Positions 24,801-38,900 of a stretch of 64,000 nucleotides of DNA are shown here, one piece after another (the first letter of the stretch is position 1; every line of letters starts with the position of its first letter). The stretch comes from Guillardia theta CCMP2712. Lineage: Eukaryota; Protista; Cryptophyta. The position numbers were made by a program, and so were the translations under genes. A model generated the notes under the pieces. That model saw only the letters and a list, made by a program, of their open reading frames with translations, was not told the DNA's origin and made no database searches. The stretch is taken from contig NW_005434616.1 of NCBI RefSeq assembly GCF_000315625.1, forward strand, positions 1 to 64,000, read 5' to 3'.

Positions 24801-25548
24801 CATTCATAATTGATTGAAGCCTATTGACCTCAGCATAAAGCGAATCTAGTTGTACACCATGTTTGCTTACCGCATCCGCCGTAATTCTGTCGACTTCAGA
24901 ATCGTGCCACTGCTGCCATCTTTCCTTCAAATCAGAAATCTCCTTTTCATGAGTATCTCTCTCGATCTGTTGAGCATACGCATATTGCTTCTCAACAGCT
25001 TCTCTCTCAATGGCTCTGGCATTCTCTATTTCTCTTTCAAGTGTTTTTTCATGTTGCAACCGCTGCTCTTCGTCCTTGCTTTGAAACAGCTGATTCAAAT
25101 CACTGATCTCTCGTTCTAGCTGCTCGACTCGGCTTACAAGGTTTGTGTTCTCCAACCTTAAATCATCTTGAGCTGACTTCGCAGCTGCAAGAAGCTCGTC
25201 TCTCTCAGAAACCTTGTTGAAATACGTCAAGCACCGGTAAACCCTCTTCGCAGGAACCTCTCTAGCAGCTTCTTCAATGATACGCTCCCTCTCTCTGCTC
25301 AGCGCTGACTGCAAGTCCCAGTACCTATAAAAGAAGAAGGCTCAGGACTTATGAAGCTTGTGCCATCACGCGAGATTAAGAGCATATTACGAAGGTGCAG
25401 AGTCAGAGTTCTCCCCAAGAAGATCTTCCAAGTATTGTACACGCAACTTGAGGTTCAGATTTTCGCTCTGAATTCTTTCGTTCTCTTGCTCTTGTTCTTT
25501 TAGAGTATGTTGAGTGACGTGCCTCAGGCTATCAGAAAACCTCTCCAT
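21863..25548 (-). CDS. Large coiled-coil protein with N-terminal centrosomin motif 1 (CM1/Cnn_1N)
   Basis: N-terminus MERFSDSLRHVTQHTLKEQEQENERIQSENLNLKLRVQYLEDLL (CM1 consensus TLREQ...ENFNLKLRIYFLEE), then long heptad exons 24406-25314, 23279-24370, 22626-22952. Confidence 0.8.
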
Positions 25549-26126
25549 GTCCTTCCGAAACTGCTCGTTTCACCTGTGAGAACAGTAATAAGGCCATGGT
25601 CATGGCAGTGACAAAGACATCGATAGAGATGGCAAGAGAAGACACAGGAATAAGAGGCTCATGCATGATTACCTTGATTCCCGTAGGCGAACAGCCACCC
25701 TCCTCACGCCATGACGAGCGGCTAACCGGCGCCAATTTTCGAAATCTGGTAGTGCAGATAATAATACTTGAGTAAAAGTACTACGTACCACACTGTGACA
25801 CGGAGCCTGAGGCCCCGAGTACGGTCACCGGCCGGCGCCCGGCCGGGCCCGGCCCTGCGAGTGCCGCAGTGCCTGTGGCAGTGCCGGGCCGGGATCCGAC
25901 CCGACCGGACTCGGACTGACCCCGTCTCGGATCCGACCGGAACTGACTTGACGGACTCGCCCACAACTTTGTTAGTGCATGTGGCCGCAGGCTCGGCTCT
26001 TGAAGGCCGAGTTTAATGTGGCAGAATTGAGGGAGCACGAATGCCCCCGAGTTTCTGAAATGAGAATGTCAGCAGTGTTCAAAGTCAAGATACGATGAGA
26101 CTGATGGAACGTATGCCAGGCCGGCG

Positions 26127-26295
26127 TGCCAGTCAGATAGCGCCGAGTTAACAAAAACTCTCCTGTAAACCAAGACGACTTACGTGGCGAGGCGGCCGAT
26201 GTAGCGTGTGGGACGAAGAGGGGGCTTTCCGTTTGAGGTTAGGGTCGTCTTGGTTTACAGGAGAGTTTTGTTAACTCGGCGCTATTTGACTGGCA
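26127..26295. repeat. Inverted repeat, 53/52-bp arms with 64-bp spacer; candidate MITE or transposon ends
   Basis: 26127-26179 is the reverse complement of 26244-26295 with one mismatch and one 1-nt indel. Confidence 0.9.
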
Positions 26296-26911
26296 AGGCT
26301 GGCATGCGATCCCGGCGCGTAATGGGACTATTGCTTCGCCGTTTCACAGCCTCGCAGGCTCGGAGTCACTGCCAGCATGATGATCGGATGGGTGACCGTG
26401 GCCTGATATCCGAGGCCGTTAGCCGGAGGCTCGGAGTCCGATCCCAGGGTTCAAGTTCAGTACCGGCCCCCCCGGTCACTGCCGCATCAGTGATGGTGAG
26501 ATGAAAGGCGCAAGGAACCTCAACCTTTACTCTTCAATGCGCAGGAGTAAAACAACACTGAGACCGTGTGCCTGGTCCAAAGGTTACCTCAGTTACTTGA
26601 CCGTTCCAAACCGTTACAACCGTTTCAGGATAAGGACACTCCTCTAAAGATATCTTGCGACCAAAGGAGGGAAGGAGAGCGGGAAGGCGATGAAGTCGGG
26701 GAAGGTCGAGTTTGTGGAGCTAGCAGGTGTATCAGGTTGAAGACAAGGTGGAACCAAGACTCTGCAAGCTTGTGTCAGCGTAGGACTCAAACAGGGATAC
26801 TGCAGGAGACACTCACGGTGCTGACTAAAAGATCCGCAGGTAAACCTGCTTATCTTCTTATAGCCAACAGAATACTTAGAGCCGTTGATTGTTGTTCGAC
26901 CACTGGTATCG

Positions 26912-29900
26912 ATGCAGTCGCAAATAGTTCTCTGCTCTAGAACAGTTTACTGGCTCCTTTGCCTTTCTCTATTATTCATATCATCAAATTCGGTGACTGT
27001 ACAACCAAATAACTTGCCGACGCAAGGAGGGCTTTTCACCATAATCAGTAATGGTTTACAAAGTTTCAGATCATATGGCATTCGACTTGGTGGAACAGTG
27101 TGTGATCCAGTTGTATGGACCTCCCGTACTTCGATTCGATGTGCCGCGTCCCCGGGTGTTGGTGCAACTTTAAGTCTTGAGTTTACCATCAACACAAACT
27201 CAAAAGTTTATGACATAGTCAGTTATGATAGCCCTGGAATATCAGATCTGAGTTCAAAAAATGCAGCACCGACAAGTCTTATCAGCATTGTTTTATACGG
27301 GAGCCGATATGCTACAGCAGACTACAGCTCAGCGAGTAGAATCCAATCTTCCAGCATTGTGCAGAGCAGCTGGCTTTCAGATACTACAATGACTGTGAAG
27401 GTAAGGAACCAATTCCTTGTGAATCAAGCGATTGACATTCAGTCGCAGTTTCTTCCCTACGTTGCAAGGAGCAAAAACATTGCCGTAACTACTGCAATCC
27501 AGGTTGGAACGTCCACCGAGTTGTTTTCCACAGACAACAACATATTTCTCCTGAGCACAAACGCTCCAACACTGATATCAACAAGATACATTCAAGTACT
27601 GTTTGAAGCTCAGAAACTCTACTCAAACTCAATCAGCATACAAGGCTCTGCCTCTCAGAAAACAGAATGGATATCAGCAACCAGCCTAAAGCTCAAAACC
27701 AATCCCGGCCAACAATCAACGGGCGGGTAGCGGTGACGACGGGGGAGAGGGCGGGGAGCTTGAGCAAAAGGGTGGTCATGGGACGGGGCAAGCACGAGCG
27801 GGACGGGGCAAGGCGGGAACGGGGCAGGGACGGGGAGCAGGAGGGTAGAGGTGAGCGGGGCAGGGCTAGGGGCCGGGGACAGGACGGGGCGGGGGAGGGC
27901 AGGGGGGACGGGGTGCGAGGGGACGGACTGGAAATCTGAGACCAGTATTTTTTGTTTACTTTCTCCTGTGTATTATGTACAAGGTTCAATGCGCTTGGGT
28001 ATTTCTGTAAGCAGTCGAGGAACCTCTTCCGTTGTTTTGTCTTACGATCTTCCTATTATTTCTCAGTTATCGGTTGGTAACTGCCATGCCGTTGGTTCGT
28101 TTTTGGTACAGATATGGGGCTCTGGTTTTGGGTACTATGACTCCACCCCCTCGGTTCGTGCAGGACGGACTGGTTGTTCATCGACTCCTTGGATCTCTGA
28201 GTCAAGTATGCAATGTCTTATTCCTCGAGGGACTGGAATCAATGCTGCCTTTGTATCAACAGTCCGTGGATTGAGCTCATCTTTGACGAACAGTTTCTCC
28301 TTTGATGGCCCTATCATATTCCGAAACACGATTTCCTTGGGATCCGGTTCACAAGGGACCTCGGCACACTCTGTTGTGCTCTCTGACACTAGTGGAAATG
28401 AACAAATTTCGTTTTCGGGCAAAAATTTTGGACCTGACGTCAATCAAATCGCAGTGACATATGGGCATCCACCAGAATTCAACTCGTACTTCTGTTCAGT
28501 CTCACACAGTGTGTCTAATGATTCCAGAATTGTATGTTTATCTTCAGGTGGAACTGGAAACCATCTACGGCTGAGAATTGTTGTGGATGGTCAAAGTACT
28601 GTTGGAAATGACATATTGAATTACCCGTTACCGAAGGAATATGACATTAAAGTCAGTCCCTTTTTGGGAACTAATAATACCCTGGAAATATATGGAGCAA
28701 ATATGGGAAAAGTTTTGTCGTCCATCGCCATCACATTTGGAGCGGGCTCAAAGAAAAATAAGTATTCTTGTGATATAGTGAGAGTGAATGAATCTTTCGT
28801 TTTGTGCTGGATACCTGCTGGGGTTGGAACTGGATTAAGATTCAATATCACTGTTGGCAGACAATGGATAATTTCTCAAAGCACATACAGCTTTCCACCT
28901 CCCGAAATCGTCTCAAAGAGCTTGCATTTTTTTAATTCTCTTGTTTTCTTTGAGAATATTACAGGCACAACAACCTTGGGTGGAATCGATACTGTAGGGC
29001 TCCTTTGCCGCAATTGTGGAGATCAACCTCACGACTGGCTCCTAAGTTATGATACATCAACAGACCTTCAACTTTGTGCTACTGTTGATTTGAAGAAATC
29101 ATCTGATGGTGTAACTTTTGTTTATTGTGTAACAGCATCAGGTGTGGGTACCGACTTCAATATCTTGATAACTGTTGCAGACCAAACTTCGAATGGCAAT
29201 CACGTGTTTAGTTACCCAGCTCCATATTTGAAAACAGGGTCGGTTAGAATTGTCGGTCAACAGTGTTCAGAGCCGACAAGATGCTTTAATATAGGGAAGG
29301 ACTTCTATAACAACATAAGGGCGATCGGAAGGTCTACAATAGGCGAAATTGACGTCCTTGAGTTTGATGGTCTAAACTTTGGACCAAGCTCGGATCAGGT
29401 TGATATTGAAATTGGTCAGTGTGAGTCAGACTGTAAAAATGGAGAGTTTCAATCACTGTATCGCTGTGAATCTATCCATTGGAGTGGGTTACCGATCAAT
29501 CATAGTCGAATACAATGTGTGATTCAATCGGGTGTGAAAACCAGTCTGCCACTACTGCTCAAGGTTGGCAAGCAGCAAACCATCAGTAGTGACACTTTTT
29601 CATATCCTGATCCTGTGATATACAGCGGGACACTCGAATTGCTGACAAAGTTTGGAAACTTGCAAAATGATTATAAACCATCCGCTGGACTCAATAAGCT
29701 TGTCGTTGGAACTTCGACCATGGGAGGCGATATATTAGAAATAAGCGGAAGAAACTTTGGACCCTTCTCGGAAAATACTAGAATCTTTTACGGTCCAGAG
29801 CATGATAAATTGAAATATCGCTGCTTAAACAGGTTCAATAGCATCATTTGGAACCAGAGTCACACCCTTTGCATATCAGAAGCAGGAATTGGCACAAAGT

Positions 29901-32900
29901 TACATTTCACTTTGTCTAGCTATATGGGACAATATCTCTCACCTCTCGGACAAGACCTGTTTAATTACCCAGGACCGTTGATGTTTCCAGGAACCCTTCG
30001 ATTTGCCAATCAAAGCTCCAGCACAAACATCGTGGATGGAAACAGTACCGCATCACTGTTTTCGTCGGTAAATGCTTCTAGCAATCAAGGTGGGGATATT
30101 TTGATTCTTGAGGGTGTGAATTTTGGTCCTGATCCTTCATCTATAAATCTGACATATGCCAGTGTATTTCCAACAAAAATATTTCACACCGAAATCATTC
30201 CGAATTTGACAAATGATACGCAAATTGTATTTAGGACATCGCGAGGTGTTGGAAAAAATTTGCGTTTCACTGTCGATGTAGCTGGACAACGATTTACTGG
30301 TATTGATGTGTACAACTATCCCCTATCTGGCGTTGTTGCACTGAATCAGACCTCTCCGATGTACACTTATTTGGTGTCGGACAGTCTCACCATTGGCACT
30401 GCAGGAATAGGTTTGGCGTTCGTAATTCAAGCGAAGGATTGGAACAACAATCTTCTTCTTCTTGGTGGGAACACTTTCAAAATTGATATTTTCGACAAAT
30501 ATGGACACTTGCCCGAATTCGAATTGTCCGATGAATTGAATGGACAATATTTCTGTAAGGTACAAACTTCGCAAGCAGGTATATACAGTGTCCGAATCAA
30601 ATTAGAACCATACTTGGAAAACTTAAGAGATACTCCTTTTCAAGTATATATTGAACCGTCTGATTTGATTAGCCCAAAATTATGTTCACTACACAAGACT
30701 GTTGACGGACTTATTTTTGCTGGGAATCACACATACTTTGATTTGATTGGAAAAGATATTTACAATAATACTATAGACAGAATCCCCGACCTCTTCTACG
30801 TAGAAAGTGTTAGTGAAGGTGGTGTTCAAATAGGTAACATTTACATCGAGGGTATAGATGCAAAATACGTGGAATTCTATTTGACAGCCAGTGGAGACTA
30901 TCAGTTACGATTGTTCTACAACGGTACCATATCCACATACAGTCCATATTCCATAAGAGTACATCCATCGAATGCTTACGGACCAAATTGTTTCATCTTG
31001 AACGATCAGCGCTTTTATGGCAAAAATCCGATTCTGACTCAGGATGCGGTAATCCAACTAGTTGACATATTTGGAAACAAGCTCACTAACGGAGGAGATT
31101 TGATTATTGCAAGAATAATCAATGGGCCATCTGTTGGGGTAGATGCAATCAATGTCATTGATAATCAAAATGGTACATATTCGGTTCGAATGACTGCGAC
31201 AAGATCTGGAAGATATGAAATCAAGATCAGTCTAAATGGATTGTTCAATGTTTTCAGTTTTTCACCAATTAATCTTAATGTCACGGCAGCAACTCCAACT
31301 GCGAGTATGTGTAGAATATTTGGAAGGGAAATTTCAATCGGAACGGTTGGAACAATTGGCAACTTTCGTATTCAAGTCAATGATGTCTATTCCAACCAGG
31401 TTGCAATACCTAACGATGACATCAGTTTTTCTCTTTATATTAGTGAAAATGTGCGTCCGATGGGCAGTCCGTGCAAAACTTACGTAACGAACAAGAATGA
31501 CACATATTGGGGTAATTACTTTTGCGAAAAGGCTGGTTTTTACCTTCTGTTTGTTGAAATTGACTCGAAAGGTATCCTGCAGAGTCCTTTCAGGATTTAC
31601 GTTCATAGTGGGGTCCTCGAACCAAATCTCTGCACTGCTATTCAGCTTCCGTCGTCAGATGCATTTAATTACCAGTTCTCCATCAACCAAACTGAAAGTC
31701 GGACATTTTTTGCCGAAATAGGAGTGAGGGTGTCGATCCTAGTGATCGGAAGGGACCGATATGGAAATACAGTGGACAACTCATGGCTTGAATTCAATGT
31801 TACTACGCCAGCAGCTGAGGATCTTTTATCCCATTATCACGGAAATGGTCGATACGTATTTGAATTCACGACAGTAGCCTACGGGGGAGAGGAATATAAC
31901 TCTACCATGTTCATACAATTTCACTATGAAAATATCATGAACAGCCCTTTCCAACTTGTTGTGCGATCGAGTTCTGGGAACATAGATAGCCGAAGGAGCT
32001 TTTGGTTTGGTGCCTCCCTACAATATATCTACGCTGGAATATCGAATCAATTCTTTGTGCAAGCTGTGGATAACAAAGGAATATATCTGTCTAAAGGGGG
32101 CCAGAAGTTGTTTGCAAATATCGAATCAACATTCTCCACTTCCACAATCCCATTGAACGATCTCGGAAATGGCTTATACCAATTCTCAGTCTTGTTGACA
32201 GCCAGTGCGAATTACAGTATTGCTATCTTCTTGCAAGATCAAATCATAGGGAATGAAAAGTCACATATTGAAGTCCAACCAGGTTCATTGAACACAGAAA
32301 TCACAGCTGTTGCTATATCTCCGGAGAGTATAAATGCAAATAGCACATTTACGTTGGTCATTTATCCAAAGGATCAGTATGGAAATGAAATCCAATTAGA
32401 CCCAGTGATAGATCAAGGTTCTATTTCAGCAGTATTAAATGGCCCAAGTAACTTCAGTATGAGATCTTTCGAATTCAAGGGCTCTGTAGTGCAAGCAAGT
32501 GCAACTATTACAAAGGCTGGAAAATACCAAGCTTGGGTATATATTTATCAGAAACCTCTTTCTTTGCAAAATCATTCTCTCGGGCTCACGGTTTTTCCGC
32601 TGCAAATTTCCATCAACCACACTCATGTCTATGTGAAACCGGACATTGTCGCTGGCGAACTTCTGCAAATTGAAATATATGGCAAAGACGTATTTGAAAA
32701 TCCTTCTACCAAAGTATTGGGCAACATCACTGTTTGGATAAATCACTCACAATCTCCAATGTCATTATTCTCTATTAGTCAGAACAGTATCTTTTTGGAG
32801 AAATTGTTAACTGTAAGTGGAAATTATACACTCGAAATGTCACTGGTAGAGCCCAATTCAACCGCAGCTTTGTTCTTCGGGAGTACGTTTACGGTGCAAG

Positions 32901-35900
32901 TAAATCCTTCATATGCACTGATAGAAAACTCGATCTTATCTAGTCCTAACGAATGCTGGGCCACTACACAATGCATTGTCATTCTTGAATCACATGACCG
33001 ATTTCAAAATCCTTGTGTTGTGGGAGGAATGTCGTTCCTTGCAAGGTTGAATTCAGCTCCTGGAAAGATTGCACAAGTGTATGACGAAGGCAATGGAAAA
33101 TACATTTGTACTTTCGTAAATGTAGACATTGGACAATATATCTTCACAGTTGAATTTGATGATGTTCCTGTGAGAAATTTGATCAAAAACATATCTGTTG
33201 TGCCAGGCCCGACTAGTGTTGTGACTACTTTACCAAATGAAGTCAAATATACGGTGAATGCAGGTGTTCCTGCCTACGTTTCATATATTTTAAGAGATTC
33301 TCTTAGTAATCCAACAACTTATTACAATGGTAATTTAGAATTGTTGGTTGAGCATACCAAGTACAATTTTACAGCCCAAACTGTCAATGGAATGCTAATG
33401 ATTTATTACAACATTACAAAATCAGGAGTTTTTCAAGTAGATATCCAATTGTCTGAAAAGCATCTTTTGGGTTGTCCTTTCAACCTCACAGTCTTGCCTG
33501 GAGATGTCGAGTTCAATTCGATTTCGCTTCGTGGACCTGGATTGACAGTGTCAACAGCTGGGGTGCAGTCGACTTTCCTGTTGAATCTGAAAGACGTCTT
33601 TGGAAATTATTGGGTGACTGATACAGATCATCCACCTGCATTGAATGTCGCAATTGTCTCCAATGATTCTAACGTTACAAAAGCCTTATTCACTCAGAGG
33701 GTGAATGAATCCTGGCAAGTTGCATATGTCATGACCAAAACTGGTTATTACTCCTTGATTGTTCGTGAATTCGATCCGAATTTAGAAAGGAACTATGTGG
33801 ATGTTTTACAAGTCCTACCTTCGGCTGCTTCTTTGACAACAACAAATATTAGATTGAACGATGTATCAACGACAGTGGGTCGTTATATTGATTTCAATAT
33901 TTCCATTCATGATCCATTTTTGAACCCTGTTCAAGTCAAAAACGACTCTATTCAACTATATGAAACCTGTAATCAATTCATCACCCCTAAGTTCAATATA
34001 CAATTGGATCCTCAAGGTCATTACATATTAAAGACTCTTGCAACGAGAGCTGGAGTATACTGTTTTGTGATTGGACTAAATCAACAATTGATACCAAATC
34101 CTTTTGAAGTAACATTTTTTCCAGCAACAGAAGTCGACGTCAACAATTCTATGGTATACGGTAGCCTTATTCATGGAGGAATCGCTGGAACAAATTTCTC
34201 AATCTATATTGATGTTTCAGATGTGTTTGGTAATTTGATGCTGTTACAAAATTCTGCACATCCTCAAATAGATTTGCGAGATTATGGAAGTGCACGAACT
34301 GTTCCTTTGCTGACTCAGCCATATGACATCAAGCATGCCAAATTTGCAGCGTTTTCTATCATCTCGACCCCAGGAAGTTACTTTGTGGATGTGACGGTGG
34401 ACCAAAAACATGTTGTGGGCAGTCCATTTTCCATAACGATAGTGAACCAAGCCAGCGATGTAATTTCTCCCAAGCAATCGCTGCTTTGGCAAAGACCGGT
34501 CACAATTGCAACAGCAGGAATCACCAACACTTTCATGATACAACCTGTGACCGAAGCTGGGTACTTCAAGTCAGATTTTGTAGGAATTGACAGCTGCAGC
34601 TTGGAATCAACAAATGGAAGAGAACCATTGAAATCGATTTCATGTACTGAATCTACAAATTCAAGATACCAAGTTCAGTCTTTACTAACGTTCTCTGGAA
34701 TTTATACCATCCATATAAAATTGAATGGAATTGATATTTCGACGAGTCCATTCACAATTTTCGTTGCTCCATCTTATGCCAATCCAAATTATTTTACATC
34801 TTATGGCCATGGGCTGTCAATTTGTAGCGCAGGTGTACTTGGTACGTTCACAATACAGCCTCGGGATGTTTATCTAAATCCTTCAAAATCATTCTTATCT
34901 GGAAATAATCTACGTGTTTACATTTCAAGCAATGGTGAGACAACCATTACTGAGTCACTGTATACCTCTGAAAGCAACTTCAATATCATTTATGATATAA
35001 CAAAGACTGGGAATTATACAATCTTCTTTGAATGGTCTAGCAATGATATTGTACTGTCTTCTAAAATCATTTCGGAAGGCTTACAGGTATTTCCAGGGAA
35101 AGTGTCAAACTCAAGAAGTGTGATTTATGGGATTGGCATCAGCAATGCTGTGGTAGGCACTGCATCTGAGTTTCGCATCCTACTGTTTGATGACTTTGGT
35201 AATTCTAAGGATCCAGAAAAATTGTCTATTTCAAGCTCAACTGAATTCTCGTTCTATCAAAGGCAAACTTCAAATGAGATTACTTTAATCGAATACATGA
35301 GAAATTCTTCACGATCCTTCCAGATTTCTTTGTTATATGAAAATGTGATTCTTGGCCAATCGCCATATGAAATACAAGTGCAATCATCTAAGCCTTTTGG
35401 ACCACATTGTGTCATTGAGGGTCTCGGAATATACTTTGCGATAGCTGGATTAGAAACCGGTTTTTCGATTTTGCCGCATGACAAATTTGGAAATCTTGTC
35501 ATAAATGATAATTTTACATTTTATGGATACAAGTCCCAAAATCTTGTTTTATCTAGACTTCTTTGCAGCAAGTTGTCATCTGAGACGTATGGGTGCACAT
35601 ATCTGAGCACAATTTCCGGCCGATTATCTTTATCGATATTTTATGAAGAACTTCACGTCAAGAATAGCCCTTTCACGCTTTCTGTTCGTCCAAGTCAATT
35701 TAGCAATCTAAATTCTCACATAAATGGAGGATTAGATGCCACAGCTGGAACTCCATTCCGCTGGACTATACATGCATTCGATGAGTTTGGAAATAGGATT
35801 TACGATGGATGGGAGTTGTTCAATGTATATGGCTTCATCAAAGGTGGGGCATTGAAGTCTGAAGTGAAGGATTTTAAGAATGGGACTTATGACTTTAAAC

Positions 35901-38900
35901 TTCTCACAACCAAGAGTGGCAACCTGACATTGTGGATTCAGCATCTCGGACAAGATATTTTTCAAAGTCCATATCATGTTCAAGTGTTACCAGCAGATAT
36001 TTGGATGGCAAGCACAGGGTTTCAATTTACAACTCTCAGGCCTTGCAACGATTCAATTACTTATTGCGGTCAAGTCCAAGAAAGCATAACATTAAACGTA
36101 TTAGCAAAGGATATGTACGGAAATGATAATGCTACCTTTGATTCTCTCCTACTTGAAATCAGAAAAAGTGAAAATTACACCTTGATTCCGTATGCACCGG
36201 GTATCAAGAACCACCTTGAATTTTACTTTTCAGGAAAAATCTCAGGAACATACATAATGCAACTTAAAATCAATCAAAGTCCAGCTGTTGTTGTCACAAT
36301 CTATCTATTTCCTTTGACTTTATCGGAAGGAGGCTACATATCCTCCTCGAATCAGTTCAGCACAATCGTAGCTGGTAACTTGTACGGTCTCAAGGTGCAT
36401 TCGTATGATTATTTTGGGAATTGGATCTGTTCGCCTTCTTCGTTCCAGTTTCAATATCAGTTACTTGAAGACAATCAGATTGCCATAGCTAAAAGTTATT
36501 CTGCAAACTTCGGTGACTGTAGTTGGTTGATTGATTTTTCATTTGCAAAGAGTGGCGTCTTGAATCTTAGAATTCTCCTAACGACTTACAATACGATCGA
36601 TATGGTTTATGTATTCAGTGTTGAATCATCCAGTGTGGTAGCTGAGAATTCAAAGATTGCTGGTCCGGGTGCAGAAGCAGTCATTGCAAGACAAGCAACA
36701 GTCTTTTATGTGGTGCTCTTGGATAAGTTCAATAATTCGGTCAGCTCTGTCAGCGTAGATCGAATTGAAGCCGACTATGTATCTGTCTCCACCGTCAATG
36801 AAATTATCACTGTTCGCTACAATTCAAAAGGAGTCCTCCAAGGAGAAATAACTTCTGGATTATCCGAAACAACTGGAATTTTGTCTGTAAAGCTGGATGG
36901 TGTCAACATTCAGAATAGTCCCAAAACAATTCGAGTTTATCCCACGATTTCTCCAATTCCATCCGTCCAATCTTCCTTTGCCTTTGGTCAATCTCTGTCG
37001 CTGTCTGTGGCCGGCACGCTGAGTAAATTTACAATTCAGCCTGTCGACAAGTATGGAATATACTTCACGAAATCAGTCTTAAATTTTTCGGTGGCGGTAG
37101 CCTTGGAAGACAATTTCTTTGAGCTCAAAGCTGTCGATAACTTGGATGGAAGCTTTATCGTGCAATACGAGCTCACAAAAGCAGGAGCATATAGTATGTC
37201 CATCATTCTCGAAATGAATCATATCCAGGGGAGCCCTTTCACAATCCAGGTAATCCCTTCGTCACTGGACCTCCACACCTTTGTTTATCAAGGTGAGAGT
37301 GTCACAAGCGCAACAGCTGGAGTACCTGCCAGGTTCTTCTTGATTCCGAGGGATTCTTATGGCAACCACTTCTCCAACTTTGTGTATCCCAGGTTGATCG
37401 AAGTCGAACTCTTAAATCCAAACGCGAAAGCACAGGTGATGGTGTCAGTTGCAACAGACACGTTTGTGATTTCTTATCAAACGACCAAGAGTGGAGATTA
37501 TAGCATGAGAATTGCTTCTTCAGACTCTCTGCAGTTTGTAAACATGACGGTACATGTGAATCCATCGAATTTGTTCTTGTCGCCAGCAGGATTCAAGCTC
37601 GGACAAAGAGTGTTGGAAGTAGGCTCGACAGACCTGTTGGTCAGTCTTTTCGACCAGTACGGCAACTCAATTGAGAACAGTTTAACCATAGAGGAAGTGC
37701 AGTTATCTATTGAAGATTATGGACCATTACCCATGCTCATAAGTCAAGCTGGAGAATATCAGCTTGCTATCAGATATCTGGATATTCGATTGCTGTACTG
37801 GATCGAAGTTCGCCCTGGTCAAGTTGCACCCAACCATTCTTTCATCCAAGGATTTGGGTTGCAGTATGCCGAGGCTGGTTCGGTTTCAAATATGACACTC
37901 AAAGCTAGGGATCGTTTCGAAAATCCTGTGGTCTTGCAAAATTTGACAGCGTTGACATTTGCAATTTTGAATTGTTCGGGATCAAAAGTGACTGTTGATA
38001 TCGTCCCTAGCATTGATATTGAGCTGAAATATGTTGCCACCTATCCAACGAGCACCTGTCAAATGTCGCTAAAGGTAGATGGAGAAGACGTTAGGAATAG
38101 TCCATTTTCAGTGAGAATTTGGCCTGCTCCAGCTCCACGTATCCTTTCAGCTAGTTTTCAGCCTGATTTAGCGGGAGCGATCATCTCTTTCGATTCGAAA
38201 ACGGATCGAGCAAATCTTACTGGATTTTTCAGTTGCAAATATCTGCTTGAAAACAAGACTATGTATAGCCTGGGAATGGATAGTAAATGTGTGTGGACCT
38301 CTGATCGATCACTTACTATTACTTTTGATAACAACAATACAGCTACGCTGGGTACAACAATATCGATTCTTAAGAATGTACTGCGATCTCGTGATCTAAA
38401 TTCGTATTATGTTTCAAACAGTGGTATCTTGTCGGTACCGAATCAGGTACTGAAATTGACACCCATTCTCCGTACTCCCTTGGTGATAGGTGCGTGCGAT
38501 GATCTTGACTTGGACGCAACACCATCTTATGGAGCCGGTATACGACAGGCAATCTATAAGTGGGCAGTTCGTGTTGGCCCTGTGAACTATGATGCTGTGA
38601 ATGCTTACCTTTCTGCCTTGTCAAATAATGCTCATCGTGTTCTTGTACCGCGGGAATATCTAATTCCTGGTACCAAGTACTCCTTTTCATTGGAGATTCG
38701 TAATATTCTGCAGCAGAGAGCTCTTACTGAATTCGAAATCCAAATTTCCAAAGATCGAATTGTGCCGAGTTTGCTTGTTGTTGGTCAGCCTGAGGTCTGG
38801 ATGTATCGTTCTGCCAGATTATTTTTAGAGGGGAGAACAAAGTTGTCTTCATGCTCAGGAGCTGTTTCGGTCAACTATTCTTGGTCACAGATCGATGGGA

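Noticed and set aside
26410-26475. tRNA or tRNA-derived SINE (GGTTCAAGT)
   Set aside because: Only a T-loop-like word; no cloverleaf or A box could be built.
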